From: Candidatus Latescibacterota bacterium
GTDB lineage: Bacteria; Latescibacterota; UBA2968
DNA: 64,000 nt
Direction: 5' to 3'
NCBI GenBank assembly: GCA_965198115.1
Contig: OZ240241.1
Location: 1,440,001-1,504,000, forward strand
In this document: positions 1-9,381 of the stretch, piece after piece
How positions within the stretch are numbered: the stretch's first letter is position 1
How the letters are laid out: each line of letters starts with the position of its first letter
Made by a program: the position numbers and the translations under genes
The notes under the pieces: model-generated
Databases searched by the model: none
What the model was told of the DNA's origin: nothing
The model's input: only the letters and a program-made list of their open reading frames with translations

Positions 1-339
1 CCCTGGTACTACCCCAGCGAATTCAACGTGCAACTCCTCAAAGACTGGGTCGAATGGAACCGTGAACACCCCGGCCTCAAGGACAAACTCAAACGCCGGG
101 ACGATCCCGCAAACTGCCCCATTCCATCCGGAAAATACTGCAAAATCCCCCTGCTCGTCATCGCCTCCGGATGGGGCAAAATCCGTCCCGACGATCCCGA
201 AGCGGCCGAACTCCGGGAAAGACTTCCCGCAGAAAACGCCGAACTCGTCGTCGCCACCGAATGCGGGCACTACGTCCAGCTCGAGCAGTCCGGGATTGTA
301 AACAAAAAGCTGCTTGAGTTCCTCGGCTCACTTCAATAG
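1..339 (+). CDS. alpha/beta hydrolase, C-terminal part (5' end outside window)
   Basis: Open frame from base 1; IPLLVIAS...CGHYVQLE...VNKKLLEFL resembles the catalytic-His end of a/b hydrolases. Confidence 0.7.
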   Translation, partial: PWYYPSEFNVQLLKDWVEWNREHPGLKDKLKRRDDPANCPIPSGKYCKIPLLVIASGWGKIRPDDPEAAELRERLPAENAELVVATECGHYVQLEQSGIVNKKLLEFLGSLQ

Positions 340-395
340 AAAAACGGCAAATGGCTCGGCCTGGATTGCCAGTTTCTAAAAAGGGGACGCCCTCG

Positions 396-700
396 ATGGT
401 CACAATCGACAACACCACAAACCTCAAAGCAGCCCATCTGCCCTCCGACGAAAACGACCTGAGCCGACGCTACCTCCGCATGCTCGAAGCCTGGATCCCC
501 GTCGGCGTGGAATACTTCACCGACTGGCCGGACCGCCCCAACTGCGACCACTTCTTCGGCGGCTGTCACTGGTACGGCAATGAAACCAACGCCCCTGCCG
601 AAGCCTTTGCCCTGGCCAGCGTCTCCCCCGAATACGACGGTAAAACCGTCGGCGTCTCCAGGTCGGACCTCCGCGAAATGGCCATCAAGGGCCTCGCCAG
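396..700 (+). pseudogene. N-terminal fragment of a hypothetical protein
   Basis: MVTIDNTT...FFGGCHWYG... runs into the IS91-like remnant. Confidence 0.5.
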
Positions 701-876
701 GGCCACAAGAAGTGCTTGAGGAGGGCTGCACTCACGCCGAACAGTCCCCGGCACCCCGATCGCAGCCCGTCTACCGCCACTCCTGGGCCCGGCTCCTTGC
801 ACGCGTCTTTCGGATCGATGTGACGGAATGCCCGTCGTGTGGCGGCAAGATGAAGATTCGGAAGTGGACCGGATAG
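700..876 (+). mobile_element. IS91-family transposase C-terminal remnant
   Basis: SWARLLARVFRIDVTECPSCGGKMKI matches the C-terminal motif of IS91-type transposases. Confidence 0.7.
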
Positions 877-1024
877 AGACGGGAGATCAGCATCCGTGTC
901 TGTCACACATTTCAACCCATAGCAGCGACCCGCACCGGAAGATCCGTGTAACTTCTGCCGTTACGGACCAAGGGGACAATTGTGCATTGAGATGGACTCC
1001 CCTCGGGGTCACCATTTGACAATG

Positions 1025-1063
1025 AAAAGCGCCCTTTCGGGGATAAACCGAAGGGGCGCTTTT
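1025..1063. terminator. bidirectional intrinsic terminator-like hairpin
   Basis: aaaagcgccctttcgg-ggataaa-ccgaaggggcgctttt. Confidence 0.65.
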
Positions 1064-1104
1064 GTGTCTCAGAAGACAGAGGTCAGAGGTCAGGATTGGC
1101 TCTG

Positions 1105-1256
1105 TTACTCTACTGGCACCCTTACGGTAAACGTGCTACCGCTCCTCACCTCGCTCTCTCTCGTAATCAGCCCCAACCTCGTCCCTTCTGCACGCTGCTC
1201 TCCGAACCTTCGGCCTGACGGAATTCATGGCAGATGGTCTGCAGCTCATCGTCGCC
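1105..1256 (-). pseudogene. histidine kinase HATPase 3'-end remnant 1
   Basis: Minus strand reads ...EFRQAEGSESSVQKG...ESEVRSGSTFTVRVPVE* with internal deletions. Confidence 0.7.
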
Positions 1257-1548
1257 TACGCCCGCACACGCGATAGCCGTATCCGTTGGGAGCGTGACCG
1301 GCTGCAGGAGGCAACAGAGGTTCAATTGACGTGGAATCTGAACGAGACGGCGAGATAGCCATCCACTTCACCGTCCGCCCTGTTCCCATACATCTCAGTG
1401 TGTTGATTATTTTCACTCATTTTATTGAATGATGGCCTATGTCTGGGGCCTTCTCCAGTATGGCATCCCTTTTGCGAGATCTATGGATCAGAAGACGGGA
1501 ACGACGGTGCTGCGACGTTGATAGAAGGCAAACCTATTGGAGGAGAGT

Positions 1549-1973
1549 ATGATAAGGGTTCAGATAATGATCGTTTTTTCTTTTCTCATCTTAACGACGG
1601 TCGGCTGTGATGGGCAGTCATCTCCAACCGGCAATGAGAACGGGAGTTTCGACTTCGACAACGACCTCGAACTCGTAGGGACGTGGGTCGGGGTGTCGTC
1701 CACCAATCCAGAGATAACCGACGAGGCCGCTCGTATTACCACGCTTGTGCTCCGCGCCGACGAGACGCAAAACACGAATATTGCGACTGGATTTGGCGAG
1801 TTGCCCATCTCCCTCTCAGGCACGTGGGAAATCGTAGGGGGGAAATTGATCATCTCTATTCTATCTACGCCGCAGGCGAGACCACAACCACTTCAGATTC
1901 CTACACGATCCGAGGAGATCGCCTGACGCTGGTCGATGACGATAATGGCTTTGTGGAAATCTGGGAGCGATAG
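1549..1973 (+). pseudogene. lipoprotein with lipocalin-like domain, frameshifted near 1860
   Basis: Lipobox TVGC, LVGTW and GTWEI motifs; C-terminus (...TLVDDDNGFVEIWER*) is in another frame. Confidence 0.6.
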
Positions 1974-2069
1974 GGGGGTTGATTCCGGCGACAGACCGCA
2001 CACACCACGGCCCCCGTCGGCATCACGATGGCGGGGGCTTCTCCTTTGCCCGGTTGTTGGAAAGGGGAC

Positions 2070-2361
2070 TCAGGCCGTCTGGATGTATTCCACCGGCACC
2101 CGCACCGTAAACGTACTCCCCCGACCTACCTCGCTCTCCACGCCGATGGTCCCGCCCAGCAGCTCCGCGAACTTCTTCGTAATCGACAGCCCCAGCCCGG
2201 TGCCCTTCTGAACGCTGCTCTCGCTGCCTTCGGCCTGACGGTATTCGTCGAAGATGGTCGGTAGCTCGTCGGCTGGGATTCCCTTGCCGGTGTCGGTGAC
2301 GGCGATGACCAACGCGCCATCCTCGCTGGCCGCGCTCCCGGTCACGCTGCCACTTTCGGTT
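2070..2361 (-). pseudogene. histidine kinase HATPase 3'-end remnant 2
   Basis: VTDTGKGIP (G1), IFDEY (F), GTGLGLSI (G2), ESEVGRGSTFTVRVP; N-box and HisKA are missing. Confidence 0.85.
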
Positions 2362-2649
2362 TGTGGACGTTTGTTTGATCAATTAAGAAAACGCTCCAAA
2401 TCCGTACTGCTTCGGTCAGACTGCTTCGCGCAAGACTGCCGACACGTACTCAAGTCGCTTCTTCTTTCCGTAGTTCCTGATGTTGCCGTCGTAGTTCGTC
2501 ATCATCTCATCGGTCCAGTCTCCGCTGAGGCGACAACCCCATAGCAAGCGAGTTCACGACGTCGTCGGGAATCGCGACGTGGTTCTGGATGAATGCCTTC
2601 GAATCGATATCGGCGAAATAGAAGCGAACTGGTGAAATTCCTCCCAATT

Positions 2650-2736
2650 TACTCTGTCACTGTCTTCAGCCACGCCCGCCCACCGGGCATGTTGCGCGAC
2701 GCTCTACCGACGAAGGATTCAGGCAGATCAATCATG
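2650..2736 (-). pseudogene. N-terminal fragment resembling APH(6)/StrB-type kinase
   Basis: MIDLPESFVGRASRNMPGGRAWLKTVTE*; only the GRAWL-type N-terminus is present. Confidence 0.3.
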
Positions 2737-2900
2737 GAAGGCTGCTCGACCCTGGGATGAATCGCCCGATCACCGCTCCCGCGTGAGGTGCCAGGCGTCG
2801 CTGTGTTCGCACGCGTAGACCTTCAGCGACACGCCCTGCTCCTTTCGCAGGATGTCCGCTCTTCGCTCCGCGTCCCGGCGACTTCGATAGGCCTCTTTTT

Positions 2901-4320
2901 GGCTCTATCCGGGTTTCTCAACGGTGAAACTATAGAATGACAAGGTCATAGATCGTTCCCTACGCTTGGTTGTGTGTGTAGGACAATCAAAGCGAAGGGG
3001 GTGCGACCTATGACCGGGAGCAGATTACTATCGAAACTGCTGAGATTCAAGGGGTTCCGTGTTGTCAGCTGGTGGTTTGAGGGGAGAAGCTGTTTCGTCA
3101 TCGCCGTAAAGCCACATAAGAATGGTTGTTGTTGTCCGGAGTGCGGCCGTCGAGGTAAAATCGTCCGCACAATGCCCCATCCGCGTCGGTGGCGTGACAT
3201 TCCGGTGTGCGGGTGGAGGGTCTGGCTTCTCTACCATCCTCGGGAGATTCGGTGTCCTACCCACGGTCGTGTGGTCGAGGAGATTCCGTGGGCGGAGCGG
3301 TTCTCTCGGGTGACGTATCGCTTCGAGTATGCCATGCTGCGCTACTGCCAGACCATGACGCAGAAGGCGGCGTCCGAGTTACTGCGCATCTCTGCCTCGA
3401 CGCTGTCGGATCTCCTTCACCGATCCATCACGCGGCTTCGTGAAGGTCATCGTATCCGAGGGCTCAAAACCATCGGGATCGACGAGATCTCCTACGCCAA
3501 GCGTCACAGGTACGCCACGCTCGTTTACGATCTGGACCGCTCCTGCGTGGTGTGGGTTGGCCGCGGCAGGGCGCGTAAAACGATCGATCGGTTCTTCACA
3601 GAGGCTCTCAGTCCCTACCAGAGATCCAAGATCGAGTGGGCCTGCTGCGACATGAGCGAAGCTTACATCGGAGCCATCCAGGAACACTGTCCGAATGCCA
3701 AGCTGGTCCTCGATCGCTTTCACATCGTCAAGGCTCTCAATGCCGCCGTTGACGAGGTCCGTAAGGACCAGTGGCGTAAAGCTGCCCCGGATGAGCGCAA
3801 AGCCATGAAGGGCCTCCGATGGCTCCTCTACCGGCACTCAGCGACACGCTCCAGAGGGGATACTCGGACACTCAAAGCACTGGAGAAGGCGAACTACCGA
3901 ATCTATAGAGCCTGGAGACTCAAGGACGAGTTCGAGCAGTTCTGGGAATACAAAGCGCCCTGGGCTGCCGAACGCTTCCTGAAATGCTGGACGACGTCCG
4001 CACTCAGAAGTCGACTTGAACCCCTGCGAAAGTTCGTCAGGACCCTGCGACAGCACTTCTTCGGCGTCCTCGCATTCGTGAACACGCGTCTTACCAACGC
4101 CATCGCCGAAGGCCTCAACCGAATCGTCCAAATCGTCAAGAACCGAGCCAGCGGATTCCGCACACTCGACGCATTCAACGATATGATCTTCCTTACCGTC
4201 GGAGACATAAACATCCCTGAGCAGATTCCGAAGAGGTTCCGCACACGCTAACCGCGCCCCCATGCCAGGAACCACGGCACCTTCACCCACTTCAGCTCGT
4301 TGAGAGATCCGGATATAGCC
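2901..4320 (+). mobile_element. ISL3-family IS, copy 1
   Basis: Ends GGCTCTATCCGG / CCGGATATAGCC; 8-bp TSD CTCTTTTT on both sides. Confidence 0.95.
2974..4251 (+). CDS. ISL3-family transposase
   Basis: CPECG zinc finger, IGIDE, CCDMS, DRFH, AEGLN motifs; start may be 3010. Confidence 0.95.
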   Translation: MCRTIKAKGVRPMTGSRLLSKLLRFKGFRVVSWWFEGRSCFVIAVKPHKNGCCCPECGRRGKIVRTMPHPRRWRDIPVCGWRVWLLYHPREIRCPTHGRVVEEIPWAERFSRVTYRFEYAMLRYCQTMTQKAASELLRISASTLSDLLHRSITRLREGHRIRGLKTIGIDEISYAKRHRYATLVYDLDRSCVVWVGRGRARKTIDRFFTEALSPYQRSKIEWACCDMSEAYIGAIQEHCPNAKLVLDRFHIVKALNAAVDEVRKDQWRKAAPDERKAMKGLRWLLYRHSATRSRGDTRTLKALEKANYRIYRAWRLKDEFEQFWEYKAPWAAERFLKCWTTSALRSRLEPLRKFVRTLRQHFFGVLAFVNTRLTNAIAEGLNRIVQIVKNRASGFRTLDAFNDMIFLTVGDINIPEQIPKRFRTR

Positions 4321-4550
4321 CTCTTTTTGCTCACCGTTCGCGCCCTTGCAGAAGGGACATTTCTCGCTCGGCGTTACCCTGTCCTTGGGCGAGAGATGCC
4401 ACTTGCCGCATACACTGCAGGCATAGGGCACGAGATTGCTGCGATAGGTGTCATTCGCGTATCCAGCGCCGTCCTCGGCTTCTTCCAGCGAGTCAAACTC
4501 TGTCAGAGGCTTTCCGGAGACCTTGCCGATGCAGGTTGTGCTCTTTCCGC

Positions 4551-4807
4551 TCATGGGGTGGCTGCCAGCGGCCCCGATGAAAATCGAAGGAATCGCGTCT
4601 GGCCTTCCGCACGTGTTTCCGCGACGACGCGATAGGTCCGGTCCAGCTTCTCAAGCCAGCCGTCAAAGCTCAGTTCGTTCTGCACATAGCGCTGCATGAG
4701 GATGTGGTCCTATACCGATCGCGAGTCCGAGGACATTGATGAGAGTATGGACTTTGTGACGCAGCACGTTGCGCTTGAGTTGCTCGCTCCACGCAAGTGC
4801 CTTTCAC
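4551..4807 (-). pseudogene. MacB/FtsX-like ABC permease N-terminal fragment
   Basis: RNVLRHKVHTLINVLGLAIGI...YVQNELSFD...DRTYRVV, frameshifted and truncated. Confidence 0.6.
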
Positions 4808-4818
4808 AGAATCCTTGG

Positions 4819-4912
4819 TCACGCCAATTCTGGGTAGGTCATCGGCACCCGCACCGTAAACGTGCTGCCCTTACCCACTTCGCTCCCTTCGGTTGCTCGG
4901 CTTGACGGCACG
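4819..4912 (-). pseudogene. histidine kinase HATPase 3'-end remnant 3
   Basis: RQAEQ...SEVGKGSTFTVRVPMTYPELA*. Confidence 0.7.
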
Positions 4913-5004
4913 CCTACCTACAGCAGGCGTAGGCAATCCTGATATCGATATCTGAAATGGGAAAAGAAGAATCAGCACTTACGCCGCCGCTCCATTAATA
5001 ACAG

Positions 5005-5580
5005 TTTGGCGGACTCACGCACGAGCCGGGCGCCGAGCACCGATATTCGAACTATGGGTACGTCCTGCTTGGGGCACTCATCGAAAAAGTGAGCGGCATG
5101 TCGTACTACGAGTACGTGCGAAGCAAGGTCTTCCAGCCGGCCGGCATGGAGTCCACCGACTCGCTGCCCGAAGCCGACGAAGTGCCGAACCGCGCCATTG
5201 GGTACATGAGGCGAGACGGCGCGTGGTTATCGAATGCCGACACACTCCCGTGGAGGGGTACTGCGGCTGGTGGGGGCTACTCGACCGTCGGTGACCTCCT
5301 CCGGTTCGCCCAGGCGCTAGAGTCGGGTATGCTGATATCGAAGACGATGCTGGCTGAAGCGACGAGGCCGCAGGCACAGCAGTACGGGTATGGCTTCGGG
5401 GTCTGGGGAGAAGGGCCGCTGCAGGGCTACGGTCACGGCGGCGGAGCACCCGGGATGAATGGGGATCTTCGCGTGTTCCCACAGCTTGGGTACGTGCTCG
5501 TTGGCCTCAGCAATCTCGACCCGCCAGCGGCCTTCCGCTTCGTTGAGTACTTCGCGCTCCGAATGCCGGCGACGCCGTAG
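5005..5580 (+). pseudogene. serine hydrolase (beta-lactamase/PBP family) C-terminal fragment
   Basis: EPGAEHRYSNYGY (YxN) and GHGGG motifs; SxxK N-terminus is absent. Confidence 0.8.
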
Positions 5581-5983
5581 AGCGCCTTAAACTCAGGGGG
5601 CTCGCCGGCGGGGAGCCTTATCGAACGGTGTCGCCATCCGACCGTGCTCCGAGGCAGGCGTTCCAAGATACATCTCCCCCTCCATTCCGAGAGGGGCGAC
5701 GATCTCCTTGACTACCAAGCTCGTCCAGATTACTCCCGACACCACGCACGATGCCGGCGATCCAACCGATCGCCAGGCCGTGGTAACAGGCTGTGGACCG
5801 GTGGGAAGATCGGCTCAAGCAGGGCGACCTCGTCCACGGACAGATCCAGGTCGGCCCAGGGTCCTCGCAGCAAGCTTGCATGCCCTGCTCCTCCTGTTGT
5901 AGACTATAGGTTAGAAAGGAAGCATCGGTTGTGGTATCGACTGAGTGGGCTGGCACGTAGTTTACACCGAAGGGTGGTAAAAG

Positions 5984-6184
5984 TTGGCAGAAGGCACAGT
6001 CAAATGGTTCAACGACAGTAAAGGATTTGGCTTCATCGAGCAGGAAGGGGGCGAGGATGTTTTCGTCCACTTCTCTGCGATTGAAGGCGACGGTTTCAAG
6101 TCGCTTGCCGAGGGCGATGCTGTGGAGTTCGAGGTCCAGCAGGGACCCAAGGGTCTTCAGGCTTCGAACGTCGTCAAGAAGTAA
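5984..6184 (+). CDS. cspA: cold-shock protein
   Basis: [24 protein letters not shown]; TTG start. Confidence 0.95.
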   Translation: MAEGTVKWFNDSKGFGFIEQEGGEDVFVHFSAIEGDGFKSLAEGDAVEFEVQQGPKGLQASNVVKK

Positions 6185-6206
6185 GTTCGCTATAGACGTT
6201 GAGCAA

Positions 6207-6243
6207 GGGCGCTATCTCCGATGGGGTAGCGCCTTATTCTTTA
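6207..6243 (+). terminator. intrinsic terminator after csp
   Basis: ggcgctatctc-cgat-ggggtagcgcc followed by ttattcttt. Confidence 0.65.
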
Positions 6244-6305
6244 CTCCTTTTGTAATTTATGGATGGGTAGAGCTTCCATCAATCACGTTGCATAAGGACA
6301 AGTCA

Positions 6306-6736
6306 ATGCCGAACCTGAATCAGATTCTGAAGGAAGAGATTGTGTTCGTATATCGAAGCGTGAAATTAACCAGCAGGTCAGACCTCTGAGGGGCCAGCTT
6401 GTGGAAATGAGGAAGACTGCCCGGGAACAGCGTCGCAGGATAGACCAACTCGAGAAGGAGCTGGCAGGAAAGGCTGACAAAGAGCGCGTGATCGCACCTC
6501 GAACCGTGAGCGAGGACGATGATGTTCGCGTTCCCCGAGGATCGGTTCGGAAACATCGTGAGCGTCTGGGAATTTCTCAGCGAGAGATGGCCCTGCTGCT
6601 TGACGTCTCGACGTTGACGGTGAGCAACTGGGAGACGGAAAAGACTTCACCCAGCGGGAAGAACAAACTCGGGTTTGCGGAGTTGAGGAAGATGGGTGTT
6701 CGGGAGGTGTGGGACCGCTTGGAACGGCTGGGGTAG
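6306..6736 (+). pseudogene. XRE-family HTH regulator with coiled-coil N-terminus, frameshift near 6343
   Basis: MPNLNQILKEEIV|RISKREINQQ... joins after removing 2 nt; HTH RERLGISQREMALLLDVSTLTVSNWE. Confidence 0.7.
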
Positions 6737-6863
6737 GGATGAGGGATACGAATGGGTGGGTACCGCAGTGTAGTGCTTCTTGAGAACCGGAAGTGCACGG
6801 ATGTCGCCCTGATTGGCCAGCATCTGAGCATAGCCGACATGCTCGATTCAGGAAAGGCACACC

Positions 6864-7127
6864 ATGAAAGTCATCGGAGTTGAGACCCTTCGAGCCGACC
6901 GGTTTAACTATGTCAGGATCGAGACGGATGAGGGGATCAGCGGCGTCGGTGAACTGCATCCGGCCAGCGGTACTGGAGGCACCCCGTTTTTGCCGATTGC
7001 GGGGGTCGAATATTGTGCCGAATACCTGATTGGCAAGAATCCTTTGCATATCGAACGCCACTGGCAGCACATGTTCAGGCGTTGTTTATTCCGTGGCGGG
7101 GCGGATGTCATGGCGGCGATCGGAGCG
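6864..7127 (+). pseudogene. mandelate racemase/galactonate dehydratase-like N-terminal fragment, truncated by IS256
   Basis: YVRIETDEGISGVGE...LIGKNPLHIERHWQ. Confidence 0.8.
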
Positions 7128-8501
7128 GAGCTATAATCAAAAGGTGTGGAAAAAGAGAAAGGGCGACCCTACCCTTCCCGTGAGATAGTTGATTCACACA
7201 AAACCGGGTGAGAGGCCCGGTTGGGAAGGAGGATCGCCGTGAAGGAACATACGCATAGAGCCCCATTGAAGTCCATGCCGACGTGGGAGACGGTTGACGA
7301 TTGGATCCGTGAAGAGATCCAGGGCCGGTTCCAGTCCATTCTGGAGGAGGAGGCGACCGCGTTCTTGGGCCGGTCGTGGTATGAGCGCCGAGCCGAGGTC
7401 GATAGCTCCACGGGCTACAGGAACGGCTACGGCAAGCCCCGGCGTCTCTCGACGAGCTGCGGAACGATCAAGGTCCGGCGTCCCCGGGTTCGTGGTCTGG
7501 AAGAGCGGTTTGAAAGCCGCATCCTCCCCCTGTTCGCCCGGAGAACCAGGGCCATTGGAGATCTGCTTCCCGACCTTTATCTCCACGGTCTCTCCCAGGG
7601 CGACTTCGAGTTGTCTTTGCGTGCGCTGCTCGGTGATGGCGCGCCGCTTTCGCCGACCTCGATCGCTCGTCTTCGAGGGAAGTGGGAGGTCGACTTCCAG
7701 GACTGGAAAGAAAGGCGTCTGGATAATCGCGAACTGGTCTACGCCTGGGCTGATGGCATCTACGTCAAAGCCGGGCTCGAGCGCGAGAAGGCGTGTCTGC
7801 TGGTCGTGATCGGCGCGATGAGCGACGGCAGCAAGGAGATCCTGGCGATAGAACCCGGTTATCGAGAGTCTACAGAATCCTGGCTCACGGTGCTCCGGGA
7901 TCTCCGGGATCGCGGGCTCGAACATCCTGTCCTGATCGCCGCGGACGGGAATATGGGCATCTGGGCGGCCGTTGATCAGGTCTGGCCAGAGAGCCGGCAA
8001 CAACGGTGCTGGAACCACAAGATCCTCAACGTGCTCGACAAGGTCGCCAAGCGTGCACAGGCTGAAGCCCGCGCACTGCTCGTCCAGATCCCCTATGCCG
8101 GCACGAAAAAGGAGGCCGAGAAGCTCCGGAAACGCTTTGCCGCACGGTATCGCTCACAGTTCCCTGCCGCCGTGGAGACGCTCGAAAGAAACTGGGATCG
8201 GATGGTCACGTTCTACGACTTCCCGAAGGAACACTGGAAACACCTGAGAACCACGAACGTCGTCGAGAGCCCCTTTGCTTCCGTTCGGCTTCGCACAAAC
8301 GCCGCCAGGCGATTCAAGAAAGTCAGGAACGCCACGACTCTCATCTGGCGTACGCTCAAGGTCGCAGAGAGCCGATTCAGGAAACTCACCGCGCCACACT
8401 TGCTACAACAAGTCTACGATCAGAAACACTCAACCGGACCGCAGGTCGAAACCGGGAAGATGGCCGCCTGATTTCTTTTACACACCTATTGACCTGAACT
8501 C
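7128..8501 (+). mobile_element. IS256-family IS (no matching TSD)
   Basis: Imperfect IRs GAGCTATAATCAAAAGGTGTGGAAAA / TTTTACACACCTATTGACCTGAACTC. Confidence 0.9.
7221..8471 (+). CDS. IS256-family transposase
   Basis: YRNGY, WADGIY, ADG, QRCWNH, RTTNVVES; start could be 7239. Confidence 0.95.
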   Translation: MGRRIAVKEHTHRAPLKSMPTWETVDDWIREEIQGRFQSILEEEATAFLGRSWYERRAEVDSSTGYRNGYGKPRRLSTSCGTIKVRRPRVRGLEERFESRILPLFARRTRAIGDLLPDLYLHGLSQGDFELSLRALLGDGAPLSPTSIARLRGKWEVDFQDWKERRLDNRELVYAWADGIYVKAGLEREKACLLVVIGAMSDGSKEILAIEPGYRESTESWLTVLRDLRDRGLEHPVLIAADGNMGIWAAVDQVWPESRQQRCWNHKILNVLDKVAKRAQAEARALLVQIPYAGTKKEAEKLRKRFAARYRSQFPAAVETLERNWDRMVTFYDFPKEHWKHLRTTNVVESPFASVRLRTNAARRFKKVRNATTLIWRTLKVAESRFRKLTAPHLLQQVYDQKHSTGPQVETGKMAA

Positions 8502-8646
8502 GGGAAGACCCAGGAAGTATGATCGCGTGGTTTCCTTACCAAAAGTGCCCGAAGATGTAAAGGAAGTTTTGAGGGCCCGCGCCGAGGCCGAGGGGATGAC
8601 GCAGACAGATTTGCTGATTAACCTAATACTGACACTTCAGGTGTAG
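8502..8646 (+). pseudogene. small DNA-binding (RHH-like) protein C-terminal fragment
   Basis: GRPRKY...VPEDVKEVLRARAEAEGMTQTDLL; start lost at the IS end. Confidence 0.5.
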
Positions 8647-8685
8647 GTTGTAGGAATCCACCCAAGACGGTAGGAAAGGAACTCA

Positions 8686-8720
8686 GCCCCCGGTCGAACG
8701 ATCGGGGGCCTTTCCTTTTT
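8686..8720 (+). terminator. intrinsic terminator
   Basis: gcccccggtc-gaac-gatcgggggc followed by T-rich tail. Confidence 0.6.
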
Positions 8721-8789
8721 CAGACAGCTATCCCTGCTTAGGACCGTTCCCTGTAGCCTGGCGGAAGATCACTTGGCAGGGGGGATCTC

Positions 8790-9288
8790 ATTGCCACCGG
8801 GCAAGCGGGGGTCGGTGAAGCGCGCCCTGCAAGACGCGTTCAAAGCCGAAGATCCTGAACTAGCCGAGCGTATGCTGAAGAATCTGGCGCGGAGCCTGGA
8901 CGAGCAGCACCCCGGCGCGGCCGCCTCGCTCCGCGAAGGGCTCGAGGATCTGCTGACGGTCAAACGCCTGGGCCTCGGTGGATCTTCCCTGGAGCGCACC
9001 CTTTCGAGCACGAACGTCATCGAAAACCTGATCGGACAGATCCGCCAACTCTCAGGCCGCGTCAAGCGATGGAAGAGCGGCCGCATGATCCTGCGCTGGA
9101 GCGCCGCCGGTGCCTTGGAAGCCGAACGGGGCTTCCGGCGACTCAAGGGCTACCGCCAGATGACCAAGCTTGTGGTCGCCCTTCAGACGCACGATACCGC
9201 TCTCGACGGGAATGTTGAAGGACGCGCTGCAGCCGCCTGAAACCATCACATGCCGCTGTCCAATTTCAACAGCGAAAAAGACATTGCC
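8790..9288 (+). mobile_element. IS256-family remnant (transposase C-terminus and right end)
   Basis: AASLREGLE...LSSTNVIEN...AERGFRRLKGY; end TTTCAACAGCGAAAAAGACATTGCC. Confidence 0.85.
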
Positions 9289-9381
9289 CGATCCTCCTTC
9301 CCAGCCGGGCTGCAAACCGGTTTCTCTGTGAAATAACTAACTCACGGGAAGTGTAGGGTCGCCTTTTCTCTATTTCCACAC

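Larger units (their letters stand above)
2770..4554 (-). pseudogene. small two-repeat Cys/His (zinc-binding-like) protein interrupted by ISL3
   Basis: Removing the IS and one TSD restores ...YACSVCGKWHLS...EQKEAYRSRRDAERRA...VYACEHSDAWHLTRER*. Confidence 0.75.

Noticed and set aside
3838-4320. C-terminal half of the 238-aa ORF
   Set aside because: Read-through into the antisense strand of ISL3; the true C-terminus lies at 2770-2900
1000-5600. Integron cassette array
   Set aside because: No integrase and no convincing attC (RYYYAAC...GTTRRRY) structures; cargo orientation is mixed
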